The notes beneath the pieces are model-generated. The model saw nothing but the letters and a program-made list of their open reading frames with translations, searched no databases and had not been told where the DNA came from. Made by a program: the position numbers and the translations under genes. 64,000 nt of DNA, taken from positions 514,812,065 through 514,876,064 of the forward strand of contig NC_058133.1 of assembly GCF_016433145.1 (NCBI RefSeq), given 5' to 3'. The stretch is from Gracilinanus agilis. Its lineage: Eukaryota. The first letter of the stretch is position 1; the number at the start of each line of letters is the position of its first letter. Shown here piece after piece: positions 35,871 through 49,736 of the stretch.

Positions 35871-37031
35871 TTAAAGACACTGTGATGACTTCTTTCCCCA
35901 TAGAAGATGCAAAACACCCCATAATTTTGACTCTGCTGCTCTCTCAGTGGCCTGATTCAACTTATTAATGCCTAAGATTAAAAAGGAGGAGTGTTTCAAG
36001 GGGTAAAAGGCATAAACAAATATCATAGCTAGCTTTCTCTCAAACTCTAAACAACTCAGTACAGTTAGGATAGTGCCAACGTAGTACAATCTAAAGAGTT
36101 AAAGAAAGGAGGGCATCAATCTCATGGCTCTCATAGGAGCATGAGTGCTGAGGTCTCTGGAGCCTGTGACACTGAGCTGTGTCTACTAGGGGAAAGTATT
36201 AACAGGGAAACAGAAGATCAAGGCAAAAGTGAAGGGGACAGCCTTATCACTCCCCAGCCCCTGCCCATCCACATTTAAGATAATCAGAGTGGAAATATCA
36301 ATGGCCTTATTTACTTTGATTCTTTGAGACATGGTGGTTTGGTGTTCTAGAGCAGCATTAATACTATAATCATCAAGCATTTTCTATGTTATTGACAGGG
36401 AAATTAGCAAGTTAATAAGCAAGGATCCTATAAGCACTTTGAGGGTTAACCCAGTTTTTGTTCTTGTCATTCAGTCATTTCAGTTGTATCTGAGTGTTTG
36501 TGAACCCATTTTTTAGTTTTCATGCCAAAGATATGGAAGTAGCTCGCTACTTCCTTCTCTAGATCATTTTCCAGGTGAGGAAACTGAGGCAAACAAAGTG
36601 AAGTGACTTGCTTTGCATCATATGGCTGGTAAGTGCCTAAGGCTAGATTTGAACTCAGGTCTTCCTGACTAGATATGGAGCTCTATCTACTATACCACTT
36701 GACTGCCCTGTTAATTCTCCACTTTAGCCAAAGGAACTTAGGGTGGGTAAAGTTGAAAATCTTCAGGAAGTAGAAGACATTGAGTTCAGTGGCAAACTAG
36801 GTACTAGAATGGTTCATTTAGTTCCAAATGAATGCCATACTTCTCAGTTGACTAGTCATAATTGTTTAGATAGAATGTTCATATAATGCTATATAACTTG
36901 ATACTGACCATAACAGATTCATCTTGACCTAGTCCACACAGTTCACCAATCCAATGAAACCACTGTCTGAAGCCCCTACTAAGAACTCCAGTGGCCACAA
37001 CTATACAGATATTCTCCAATACAATTGGCAT
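35871..37031 (-). pseudogene. TAS2R: TAS2R pseudogene with stops, frameshifts and a SINE insertion
   Basis: MPIVLENICIVVATG/EFLVG..GFIGLVNCVD*VK; [34 protein letters not shown]; VPFTFALI..TQLSVTGSRDLSTHAPMRAMR; YYVGTI..YPLKHSSFLILGINKLNQA. Confidence 0.95.
36458..36708 (-). mobile_element. MAR1-like CORE-SINE inserted in the TAS2R pseudogene
   Basis: gggcagtcaagtggtatagtag... begins right after the WRIN codons; coding homology resumes at KVLIGSLLI. Confidence 0.85.
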
Positions 37032-37225
37032 GTCTGCACAGGGTGATACCATCTTTACTAGGACTACTAGAGAATGGATTTCCAACCAATATGTAGGCAC
37101 AGAATAGTAGATCTACACCTTGATACAACAGCCACTAACTTCACTGGTCTCCTCCTTCAGGCACAAAGGTGCTTCTTCTGTTCTAAAGTGAGGCTGCTGC
37201 TGTCTCATCAAACCCACTGCTATTT

Positions 37226-37424
37226 GGGGCAGCTGGGTAGTTCAGTGGATTGAGAGCCAGGCCTAGAGTTGGGAGGTCCTGGGTTCAAATCTGGCCTAAG
37301 ACACTTCCCAGCTGTGTGACCCCTGGGCAAGTCACTTGACCCCCATTGCCTACCCTTACCACTCTTCTGCCTTGGAGCCAATACACAGTATTGACTCCAA
37401 GACGGAAGGTGAGGGTTTAAAAAA
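37226..37424 (+). mobile_element. Young SINE1_Mdo-like element
   Basis: Near-consensus body; TSD aaacccactgctatt. Confidence 0.95.
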
Positions 37425-38449
37425 AAACCCACTGCTATTCCTTGGAAGTTATTCAGCCAGTGATGTTTAGCCATGAATTGGCTTGTGACTCTTCAGCATT
37501 TTCATATGATTATTTTCCATGTGCACTCATGACAGAGAGTCTGAGCTTTTGTTTGTAAAGATAGAAATTACAGATAGATTCTGTTTCACTCTATTCTTCT
37601 CATTTTCTCAATCTAATTGGGAACCAAAGGGTCCTAATGAATAATCTGCAACAGAGAGAATGTCCCCCAAAAGGAGATTAAGTAGTATCTTTTTGTGACT
37701 GTCATTGTTATGAAGATCCAGTGTCATGGAGTTTGAAGAAAGTTGGGCATTTGAGTTTGAATCCCAGCTCTGATCTGTACTAGTAGAGGCTTGAAAAGAC
37801 CCCTGGCAAATTATTCAATCTGATGGAGTAATATATATGAATAAGCTATTTAAATAATATAGTGCTTATTTGTTCTTGGAATGTTGTGAAATAATCCTGA
37901 TTTGTGGTCTGTAAGAGAGAGTGTGTGTGTGTGTGTATGTGTATAAATTCTGATATTTAATTTCTTCCTCTGAAATTCCCATATTTAAGTTATTAAATTA
38001 TTTCCTGTTGTGTCAGTTTCAGCACTTCATATTTGTATAATAATTTCATTCCTATAAATTTTCTGATTTGTCAAAATATAGTTCTATGCAGTGCTGCTGC
38101 TTTTCTCCCACTTGAAGATAGCTACCATGTGGAAGTTAGAATGGCTGTTTTTCTTTTAAAATTCTTGTTTTCTGATTTCTGCTTGAATCACTATTTTTCA
38201 GTTTCTACATTATGCAGTTTTTGTGTGTTGTTATTTCATTTTGATTTTATCTCATTATGATCTTAAAATATATAATTCAGTTTCTGCTAAATTCTAAGGT
38301 ACTTTGATGGAGAGACATTCTCCTAAGCCCTGTAATTTTTGGTTGGTTGAGAGAATTGAGAACATGCTGAATGTGGCACTGTATACCTGTCACAAAAGAT
38401 TTGGGTTGGTTTTAGAAACTATTCAGAGACATACAGACACAGGGCTCCT

Positions 38450-38450
<1 letters not shown>

Positions 38451-38503
<53 letters not shown>

Positions 38504-38513
38504 CGCGCGTGCA
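38451..38513. repeat. (GT)22(GC)7 alternating purine-pyrimidine tract
   Basis: Direct reading. Confidence 0.97.
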
Positions 38514-39649
38514 AGAGACAGACAGACACACAGAGGCAAAGAAATAAAAAAAATACAGATTGAGAGAGAGCTAGAGACATACAGAGAAAGAACTCCACAG
38601 AAAGAAATTGATTGACAGATTGGAGCCCTTCCAATGATTGACATGTATGGAAGCCAGGACCCTTCATATTCCTTAAACTCCAAGTATTATAATTCTAGAG
38701 ATTGGTGAAAGAGGGCCTCCCTTGAGTGAGATCATTGTCTTTCTCCTTGTTTGAACTGAAATCTTATCTCACTCTCACTTGAAGAGCTAATGTAGCTTTG
38801 TACACTTTCTGAGACAATATAAATGTATGAACTTTTCCCATTTCTGTCTGTTGTTTTGCTTGGATAAATGCATTTACCTGCTATTTACTATTTGTGATTA
38901 TCTTTTCTATAACTAGTGTTTGGTGGAGAGGAACCATCAAATGTCAGTTAAAGTCTTCAGTCCCCCTTAAGAGATCCAGGAACTTTTGTTTTGAACTTAT
39001 CATATTCCAGAAGAGAAATATTTGAGGGGTGGATGCTATATATGTACCTAGTTCAATACTATTTAGGGCTTCCCCATGTATGGAAGACTAAGAATGGTTG
39101 CCAACATAATTATGTATATATATATATATATGTATATGTATATGTACATATACACACACACACATACACACACAAATATTTAAAGAAATCTGTGGTATCA
39201 TTGAAAATAGATAATATCCCAATATGATTATCTGGACACATATAGCATGTAGCAATATGAATCTCTAATGTTCTGTGTTCATCCTTGTTGTGTGCCTCTT
39301 GTCTATATCCATCCATAAGTTCTTTCAGGAATTCCCTTTGTCAAAAAAATTACAAGACCAGCCTTTATTCTGCTTAATGACTTGTAAATCAGTGTATCAA
39401 TGAGGTTTCTTTACATGACTAAACAAAATCATGATGGAATTTGACATGGAAATGGGGATCAATGTTGAGAAATACATGAGACAAAAATAATATTAAAGAG
39501 GGCCTTCTTAAACTGTGAAAAAATGTTTACATGATGGTTGTCATCAAATTACATGAAAATGGAGAAAAAGGAAAATAGATCAATGGAATATAATAAATAT
39601 ACTGGACATCTGATCAAGTATATGGAAAATATTCAACTTGGCAGGCATT

Positions 39650-41120
39650 TTTTAAAAACTCTTACCTTCTGAAGTCTTACAAAAGATATGTCCGAAGTAA
39701 TTGTGGTTAAGTAACTTGTTTAGGGTCATACAGCTAGGAAGTGTCTGAGGTCAGATTTGAACCCAGGACCTCTCATTTCTAGGCTCATCTCTCTATCCCT
39801 TGAACCACATAGCTGCCCTGCCCCTTTGTGGAGAACTAGGGAAAAGATTCATCATTTCAAAAAATACGTTTATAGAAATTGACTAACAAGTTGGTGAGAA
39901 AAGAATCTGACTACATTTTGTAGCATATGAGCAAATCATTCCAGCTGTTGGAAAGACATAAATATTTACCAAAAATAAATTATTGGAAAAAGAAAGGAAA
40001 ATTGAATGAAGTGTTTGTGTCATTTGTAAAGAGATTTTTTTAGTTCAACAAATAAAAGGAAATCTTGAAAATATGAATGTGGTTGACATTATTAAAAAAT
40101 CAAATTTTTCTTTACAAAAATACAATTATAAGAAAAAAGACTGAGGAAATAAATTAATGCAAACATGACAGAATACAATTTTCACATATAAAAGAGATAA
40201 GGATTTAAAAAGCCTTTTAGTTATCACCTCATACTTATCAAATTTACCCCCAAAATAAATAAATAAATAACTCAATACTGTGGAGAAATAGGAATGCTCA
40301 TTCATTGTTAGTATAATTGCAAAATCATAAAACTATTTTTGAGAACAATCTGCTGGCATGTAATAAATGTTATAGAATATTCATATTTAGTTCAGTAATT
40401 ACATTATTTGGAATAAACACTGAAAGTGATGTTCAGAGGAAAATTAGTTAAAATGGGCAACTGTTCAAAAAATCTTCATGACAACATAATACATTACCTG
40501 GAAACAAGGAGAAAACTCTAAATATCTAAAAGTAAATTTATTTTAAATTAAGATAATTATGATGAATTTAAGAGAAACAAATAAGAAAAATACAAAAAAA
40601 TGTGGAAATCTTTTTAAAAATTATATAATGAATGTGAAACAGAGGAATACAGTATATGGGGAAGGGGAAGAGAATGGTATTGATTTAGTGCCTGCTATAT
40701 AATAGTGAGGAAGACTCAATTTCATTAATTCAAACCTTGTTTTAGACACCTAGTATATGTGTGAGCCTGGGAAAGTTACTTCAACCTGTTTGCCTCAGTT
40801 TTCTCACCTATAAGATGAGCTAGAGGAGGAAATAGCAAACTACTCTAGTGTCTTTACCAAGAAAATCCAAAAATGGGGTCATGAAGAGTCAGACATGACT
40901 GAAACAACAACTTGCCAGACAGTATGTTAAATGTTTTCAAATATTATCTCATTCAATCTTCACGAACAACCTTGGGAGGTAGGAGCTGTTATCTCCATTT
41001 TATTGATGAGGAAACTGAGGCATACAGAAATGTAGTGGCTTTTCCAATGTCACCCAGCTGGTAAGTGTCCAAGGCAGGATTTGAAGTCAGGTCTTCCTGA
41101 CTTGAGACCCTAAATTTATA
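39650..41120. mobile_element. SINEs (39650-39820 -, 40730-40910 +, 40950-41120 -) among old L1 debris
   Basis: gtcatacagctaggaagtgtctgagg; ctgtttgcctcagtt; gaggaaactgaggc cores. Confidence 0.7.
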
Positions 41121-42433
41121 CACTGAACCTCCTAGTTGCCATATACCAACTATCATCCTGTTAGAAAAAGTAAATGAGAAGGAATGGATAAAGAATTCAG
41201 ATGGGAATTACAAGAGAGTCATTGAAATAGTGTTCTGACACTTTGGACATTGATGTTAAACAATTGAAATGTTAATAAGTAGCAATTTAGTTATTTGTAT
41301 TGATTCTCAATATAAAGCTTTGAATAAGGCATTTTAAAAGACAGTCACATTGATTCTTTACTGGTAGGATGCAACCTGTAGACTCCTTTTGAAGAACAAT
41401 CTGGCAGTCCAGAGAAAAGACATTAAAAGTAATCTTACTTTAGGTCCAAGAATTCCATTTTGAAGAAATTTTCCTGACAATAAAAAAGATAGTGTGCTGA
41501 AAAACATGTTCTTAACTATATTGGATTATTTTTTCAAAGCCAGCAACTACCTGGAAGCAATCTAAGTAACTAAGCAAAGGGTAATGGTTAAAGACTTTTA
41601 TTAATGTAAGGCAATATAATCATGCAATTAAGACCAGAATTATAAAGAATACAAAGAAATATCAGAAGACTTTTATGAAATGAGAGGGGGAGAAAGCAAG
41701 ACCAGAAGCATGAAGCCCCCACAAACCATTGCCAAATGAGCCAAAGTTAATGACATACATTTGATAAAAAAATCTAATGAAGATTAGAAAGGCTTTATGT
41801 ACTGTAATTAGTTAGCTTAAATATAAATAGCAACTAATTAATCCTAATTGTTTGCATTGGTGTTAGAGGTTAAGTTTGTAATAAAACATATAATTTATAA
41901 AAAAGAAACTAGATTAAATTGGATTCTCAGAGAATTGTTGAGTGAGATGGGAGGCTAGGAAGAAAGGAGAATACTGATGTTCTGAGTCCAGCAAATGTCT
42001 GGGTCATATTTTTTGTGAAGCCTTTACCTCTCCCATTTAATTAAATTTGCATTACCAAATGCCTACTATGAAAAAATCACTGAAACTTAGCAATAGGTAT
42101 ATGAATACAAAAGGTGGCTGAGCTCAAGAATAACACTGAAGAAAGGCCATTGAAACTGATGATAAGATTGGTTTTGGATAATCATAGATTGCAAGTTATT
42201 GCCAAGGTTATTCTTTCCACAAGAGATGTGTTATCAAGATTCAAACTCTCAGGAATAAATGAACATTCTCCAGTCTAGAATTTGGCTTGTATTCAAACCA
42301 TCTATGGCTTCCACCTCTCTTTACATGTTTAAGATTTCACCCATCTTTGGAATAAGGGATTAAAATTCTTAGAATATGAATGTACTAAAATGATGATAAA
42401 TGGAGCTATATGTGCTTTCCCGATACTAACATA

Positions 42434-42436
<3 letters not shown>

Positions 42437-42465
<29 letters not shown>
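42437..42465. repeat. (CA)n microsatellite
   Basis: Direct reading. Confidence 0.93.
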
Positions 42466-42468
<3 letters not shown>

Positions 42469-42834
42469 ATGTTGATATATTTATAAGATGAACCATTAGT
42501 AAAAAATTCCCAAAGATTAAGAAACATTCTCAAAATGTTGAATCATAAAGACTATCTCATTTTATATCCTTAGGTTTGCTCATTTCAAATTCACAATTTG
42601 TAAATCTCTTCCTCTATTCCTGTTGCTTTCTTTCCCTTTTTGTTAGATGCTTGTTGGTCTAGGGATATAAGGGCCTATGACAATATCAGGGGAAGTAGAA
42701 CAGAGGAATTCCCAGGAATAATTCACTATTATCTCTGGTGGCAGCTCTAATATTACCCTGTCTGATGTTGGGTATTTACTGTGGGGAAAGGCCTAGATAA
42801 TTCATGGACACAGCCCACTCAAGATTATCACAGA

Positions 42835-44355
42835 TAGAAGTTAGAGGATTCTGGGAAGATGGTGGCTTAGATGGAGCAAAACTTCAGACCTCCATACCCT
42901 TATACACCGAGATAAAAAAATAAAGCACTTTGAGGGGAAAGAAAACCAATCTAACAACAGGACAGAGCTGGGGGATCCTACTGCTGGACAGCTCAAAAGG
43001 TATGCCAAGAAAAACACCTGAATGCTTGAACTGTTGAGTCTGAGGGAAGGAAGAAGGGGAATCCCAGGACCCCTCCCCAATGTGCTGTGCAGAGTCTCCA
43101 GTGGCTCCTGGATTCTCTGGGCAAACAAATGCACTAGTTCAGAGAGAGAATTTTGCTGGCCCCAGATTCAGAGCACTGAAAACACACACAGGGAGGCAGC
43201 TAGAGGAGAAAGGCAGAGAGGGCATGCTAGATGCAGTGAAAACACTTCATCTTGCCACCCCTTCTCTTGAGGTTTTAGTCTCAGGGCACATCAAGCTCTA
43301 CGGGTCAACTCCTGGTTTAATCCCATCAATAAGACAGAAAAGAAGTCTTCAGAGGGCAGGGGAACTTCAACACCCCTCCCCCATAAGCTGCAGAGAAAGT
43401 AGCTACAGGCTTCTCTTGCCAGCTAGGGAAGATCTTACATCAAAGTTCATTAAAACAATCTGCTTAACCTAATCAGTCAGCAGAACAGAGAAGACACAGG
43501 AGGAAAAGAAGGGAAAATATGAGTAAACAACAGAAAAAGAAAAAAAGAAATTACAATTGACAGCTTCTTTCCAGGAAGTGAGCAAAGAGCAAATGAAACA
43601 GAAGAAATTCAAGGAATTCCAAGCAAAACCAAAGAAATTACAGCAAATTGGACACAGGCTTTGGAAGGTCTCAAAGTTCAATTAATTCAAGAACTTAAAA
43701 TTCATTTAATTCAAGAACTAAAAAAAATCAAGAGAGGCTGAAGACAACTGGAAAAAGGAAATACATGAACTAAAACAAGAAAAAAGTGTCTTGAAAGCCC
43801 AAATTGACCAGCTTGAAAACAAGGCAAAGAAGGTGAAAAATGACATACAAAGAAAATCAGACCAGAAGAAGGTTGACCAAAAATCAAGGGATGAAATTCA
43901 GTTTTTAAAAATCAGAATCCAACAACTAGAAGCAAATGACTTCAAAAGGCAGCAAGAATATATAAAACAAAATCAAAAGAATAAAAGAGTTGAGGAAAAT
44001 ATGAAACATCTCATTGACACAACCAGAGATCTGGAAAATAAATCCAGGAGAGACAATTTGAGAATTATTGGTCTACCAGAAGATCATGACAAAACTAAAA
44101 GCTTGGACATCATCCTACAGGAAATTATCCAAGAAAACTGCCCTGACATTTTCAATCAAGAGGGAAAAGTGAAAATTGAAAGAACCCACAGATCACCTCC
44201 TACATTTTACTCTACAACTAACAACTTCTGGGAATATTATAGCCAAATTCAAAAATTACCAGACCAAGGAAAAAATATTACAAGCTGCTAAGAAGAAGTC
44301 ATTCAGTTACCAGGGAACCACAGTTAGGATAACACAGGATCTAGTTGTATCTACA
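42835..44355 (+). mobile_element. L1 5'UTR plus disrupted ORF1 (ATG at 43519), 3'-truncated
   Basis: ORF 43791-44291 reads ...DLENKSRRDNLRIIGLPEDHD...QEIIQENCPD...KIERTHRSP, an L1 ORF1p. Confidence 0.93.
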
Positions 44356-44359
44356 TTGA

Positions 44360-46474
44360 AGAACCCAGTGGGATTGATGTAATTTTGAGCCAAGACAAGA
44401 GGACTTGAACTTGTTTGGGGTTCAAGGTTTCGGCACTTAACATATGTTAAGAAGCAGGACTTCCTCTGAACCACATTATATCCAAGAACCTAATCCTGGC
44501 TACCATTCTTGCTCCTATAATCCCTTTTTTCTGTCTTTTATAAGTGTGGCAAGTACCAAATGCCCAAAATTCACAATAGCCCAATTATTGACAATAGCAA
44601 ACAAACTCACTATCATAATAGAATTCATATGAATTCCAACTTCCAACCTTGGCAATTGCTTATGAAAATTTATTTGGGTCTAAAACATCACTAGGAATCC
44701 TTCTGATGGGAAAGTAAATTAAAATAAAGTCTTAAAATATCAAGTATGCAGGAGCTCTTTTGGCTTCCTGCTTTCGTATATAAAGAGTTTGGGTAGGAAA
44801 CTTCTATTTGTTTTCTCTACCTTTTAAGACAACATTCTTTATAATATATATATCATCCATTCAGAAATTACTAGGCATCCTAAAGTCAATTTTAAAGACT
44901 CCTTATAAAATTGCAATTTAAATTCTTAAGTCATTATATTCTCCAACGTTGTATAAGCAGCATGTGACCTCGATAGTTAAGATGACAAATGAAGGATACA
45001 TAAGACTTATGGGCTTTTTACAATGATATGTTGTTCAGTAAAATCATAGGGAATGATTCAGATAAAGAATCATATGACAGAATAGATATTAATTAGATTA
45101 ATACAGATGAACTTTAAAATTTTAAACCTTAAAGAAATCAGCAAATACAATAATATAAGCAAGTGACCAGTTATAAGCAGTATAGTCAAAAATCCTTTTA
45201 ATCAATCCAAATAGGCTTGTTTACTATCTTGAGGGGGAAAGCTGAAAATAATTAGCAAGCAATAAATTTTTAGATCTCTTTTTAATGTTATTTTCCCTCC
45301 CCCAGTATTTTTATCCATTCAGATTTCATTTGTCAGAGCTCTGAATTTCGTTGTAGTGAGGGAGAATTCTGCCCAGAGCATAGTGTGCCTGGCCCTCATA
45401 ATGGGTATAGGTAAACCAAAAAAACAAAGGGGTGTGAGTAGATGAATTTCTCCCCTGAATCAAGCTCTCAACTACATGGTATTCAATCAACACAAAAACA
45501 CTCTGGAAAAGAAGTAAGCAGATTCAAACTGCACATTGTAACTTTACCAACTCAAACTGTTGTTTTAGAGTTTCAAGCATGCTTTGAAACAGCATTATTC
45601 CTGAGGAGGCTGAATGTGGTTTTGTTTATAGAGTAAACAAAAAGGAAGCAAAATTTTTAGAGGGAGAACAATAGGGAATTTGCATATGAGAGAAGTGGCT
45701 TCTCTTGGTTAGAAGAAGGCCAAAAAACAAAAATCCCCAAAACTTCTATTTCAAATATATTGATCTAGTCTCTCTGCCCTCAAAAGAAAAGGCAGAGGAG
45801 TCCCATTCTTTTGGGGAAAAAAATCTCAAGTTGTAAGTCTTTCTCAGCCAGAAGTCCAGGATCAGTTTAAGACTTTGGCTTTAAAAATGGTAGCACAGGC
45901 TGGAAAACCCATGTGGGGTGAGGGAAGGGATTGAAATTCTCATCAGTCCATTGGAAAAAAGCAGCTAGGATTGGCTGTCTCACAGCAGCAGATCAGGTCT
46001 TGACAGTGAGGGTTGCAGGCTGGGTGGGAGGAGTTGTAACAGCAGTGGCTGAAAGCAGGTGGCTGGGCAGGTGTGGCCAGAGAAGAAAAAAATTGTAGAA
46101 GCATAGGGCGAGAAAGGAAACCCCAGCTCTCGGCTCTTGGGCAAACTTACTAACTATACTGAAAATCTATTTTAAAAAATTGAGAATTCTGTCCTGTTAT
46201 GGTTAGCCATAATGTGGAGATTAAAATTAATATGCAAAATACTAAATATTATGCTTATGAATATCTTATTAATAATAAATTAACAGAGACCTAACTAAAA
46301 CTAACCAGCTTGTCTCAGGAACCAAAAAGAGAAAGAGGGAGGAGTTACAGCCAACTATAAAACAATAATGTGACCATGCAAATGTGGAGGTGCAGGAGAG
46401 ATTGAAAAGAATTTTGGGAAAGCTAAGGGACTTATGGAGGATAAAGTCCAAGGTTCAAAATTTCCATTTATACA
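44360..46474 (-). mobile_element. ERV remnant: 5' LTR (~46213-46474), PBS-like site and internal sequence; 3' LTR missing
   Basis: TG start at ~46474, CA end at 46213, followed on the minus strand by TGGCTAACCATAACAGGAC (PBS-like); L1 sequence on both sides. Confidence 0.6.
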
Positions 46475-47312
46475 CATATATAGAGTAAAAATAAAAGGCT
46501 GGAGCAAAATCTATTGGACTTCAACTGAGAAAAAGAGAGCAGGAGTGGCAGTCAGGATTTCTGACAAAGCCAGAGTAAAAATAGATCTGGTTAAAAGAGA
46601 TAGGGAAGGTAATTATATCCTGATAAAAGGCAGTATAGACAATGAAGAAATAGCAGTACTCAACATGTATGCACCAAATGGTATAGCATCTAAATTTCTC
46701 AACAAGAAACTGGCAGAACTCCAGGAGGATATAGATAGTCAAATAATACCAGTAAGAGACCTGAATCTTCCCCATAAGATCTAGATAAATCAAACAAAAA
46801 ATAAATAAGAAAGAGTTAAGGGAGGTGAATGAAATCTTAGAAAAATTAGAGTTAATAGATATGTGGAGAAAAATTAATAGGGACAAAAAGTAATACATCT
46901 TCTTTTCAGCAGCACATGGTACATTCACAAAGACTGATCATGTACTAGGGCATAGAAACATGGCAAACAAATGTAAAAGAGTAGAAATAATAAATGTAAC
47001 CTTTTCAGATGATAATGCAATAAAAATAATAATTAGTAAGGGTACATGGATAGGCAAATCAAAAACTAATTGGAAACTAATATGATTCTCCAAAATCAGT
47101 TAAAGAACAAATCACAGAAACAAGTAACAGTTTCATAGAAGAGAATGATAATGATGTAACATCCTACCAAAATCTGTGGGATGCAGCCAAAGCAGTAAAC
47201 AGGGGGAAATTTATATCTTTGAGTGCATATATTAACAATTTAGGGAGGGCAAAGATAAATGAATTGAGCATGCAAATCATAAACTAGAAAGCAAACAAAT
47301 TAAAAATCCCCA
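46475..47312 (+). mobile_element. L1 ORF2 endonuclease region, disrupted
   Basis: RVKIKGWSKIYW...AGVAVRISDK...GNYILIKG...LNMYAPN. Confidence 0.93.
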
Positions 47313-47314
47313 GG

Positions 47315-48765
47315 ATCTTAAGGACTTCTGGGTTAAAATGGCAGCAGAGTAGAAGTAGCTACTTAACCTCTCCTAACCCACACAGATAGGACTCCTCAAG
47401 AGGACATAAAAACAAGATGAACAAAGGGACCCCACAACAGGGTGCAGCATTGAAGGTACATGGGATTGGGGCATTTCCATGCTATAAGGGGGTGAAATAG
47501 CTCTCACTAAAATGCGAGTGGAACAACCCCCTCCCCCCCCACCCCACCTACAGTGCCAAAGCCAGCTCACAAAAGTTAGAGCAAGTTTGAGGTGTTCATT
47601 AAGTTCTTGGAACCTACCTGGGATCACCAGGGCCAGCTCCTGAGAGCAGCAAGACTTAAGACCCCAAGAAGCAAAAGACCACATGGACTATGAACACAGA
47701 CCTTGAGTGTAGGCACAGACTTTGAATGCATGTGCAGGGATGGACATGGACCTTGAGCATAGGCATGGACCTTGGGTGGGGGCCCAGTGCAGAGGGATGC
47801 ATGACTGTGGAAGCAGCTCCCTGAAGCTGTTAAAGGAGCTTTGAAAAGAGGAGCAAGCAAGGGGACCACCAGGTGGCTTGACCCTGAGAACAACTAGACT
47901 TGAGACCTTAGGAGCCTAAAGAGCTCAGACAGACCCTGGGCATTAGGATAAAGCTGAGAGGGCTCACGGCGCTGTGACTCAGACCAAAACTGCTCCACAG
48001 CTCAATAGGATAGGCAGAAAGCCTGTCTCCTCACCCAGACTTCTGACTGAGAAAGAAGTAGTAATAATGGCAAGCCAGGCACAAGAACCTCAAAAGAGAA
48101 AGATCAAGAAGTAATCTTTAACACTTGACAACTTTTACACAGAAAAAATCCAGAGAACAGAACAAACAGTGGAGAACAAACAAGTAATCACATCCAAACC
48201 TTCCCAAAAAATGAAAATTGGCCACAAGCTCTTGAAGAGTTCAAATCTGAGATCATGAGAAAGATGGAAGAGATTTAGCGAGAGAATTGGGAAATAGCTC
48301 AAAAGGAAATTAACAGGTTAAAAGACAGAAAATCCCAATTAGAGAAAGATGCCCCCAAGTCAAAAGAATTGACAAGCAAATTGGAGACCAAAATCAAACA
48401 GCTGGAAAACAGGATAGACCAAATCAAAAAGGAAAATCAAAAGGTTATAGCCAAAAACCACTCTCTAAAGACCAAAATTGGGCAATTAGAAGCTAATTAT
48501 CTCTTAAGACAGTAAGAACAAATAAAAAAAATCAAAAGACTGATAAAAGAGAAGGAAACATGAAATATCTCACTGAGAAACTGACAGATAAAGAAAACAG
48601 ATCTAGAAGAGACAATTTGAGAATCATTGGTCTTCCTGAAAAAACAGAAATTAATAGAAATTTGGAGTCCATACTACAAGAAATTATACAATAAAACTGC
48701 CCTGAAGTTCTTCAATAAGTGGGCAACAGACATTGAAAGGATCCATAGATCACCCCTTACACTAT
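47315..48765 (+). mobile_element. Second L1 5'UTR plus disrupted ORF1 (different subfamily), 3'-truncated
   Basis: ggacttctgggttaaaatggcagcagagtag 5' end; atggcaagccagg at ~48068; agaagagacaatttgagaatcattggtcttcctgaa. Confidence 0.88.
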
Positions 48766-49736
48766 TTTCCCAATTCTATATAACAATTTTCAATATACAT
48801 TTTCTAAAATTATAACACAGGATAAAAGATTTGATAGACTTGAAATACGTGGGATTTCAGAGTCATATTTCTCTCTTTTAAAATTTTTATTTATTTTTTG
48901 TTTTTAAAAATAGATTTTTATTGATATTTTTTGTTTTAACATCACCAAGATTTATCCTTGTATTCACTCCTCTAAGAAAGCAACCCTTATTAACAAAAAA
49001 TCTAAAAAGGAAATAGAAGAGAGAAAATGAGCAAAACCAATAAAAATATCAAAAAATTCTAACACTATATTCAATGTTCCACACACATGGGTTCAAATAT
49101 TTACAAGAAATAGAGCAAAGGTGGAAGGGTGTGTGGTATTTCCTTAAATTTCTTCCTTTAGGATGTTCATAATTTCACAGTGCTTTGAAAGTGGTTGGTC
49201 TTTCCATTTCTATTGTTATAGTCATTGTGTATATTGTTTCCTGGCTTTGCTTACTTCAATGTGCTTCAGGTCATATAAATCTTCCCATGTTTCTCTTTGT
49301 CATTCATTTTTTCTTAGCATATATAAATAATCCTTAATATTTATATGCCACAATTCTAGTGATTCAGCACTCGATGGACATCTTTATTTCTAGTTCTTTG
49401 GAGGCCATAATTGACACTGCTCTTACTGTATTAGTATATATGTTTTTCTTTTTGTCTATGACCACCTTGAGGTATATGCCCCTGAGGAATCTCTGGATTC
49501 AAAATATCTAGATATTTTAGCCACTCTCTTTATCCAATATCAAATTGCTTTGCAGAAGTGGTTGGCCTAATGTCCACTGAACATTCTTTAGCAGAAGCAT
49601 GACATAGTTGACTTTATGTTTTAAAAAGATCATTCTGACAGCTATGTGAAGCATGAATTGGAGAAAGGAAAGACTAATAGTTTGGGAAAGAGGTGATGAG
49701 AGTCAGAATGAAAATGATGGCCACATGGGTAGAGAT

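Noticed and set aside
44480-44640. Cys/Trp-containing minus-strand translation suggesting ERV env
   Set aside because: No diagnostic env motif and stops are present; it cannot be supported without a search.
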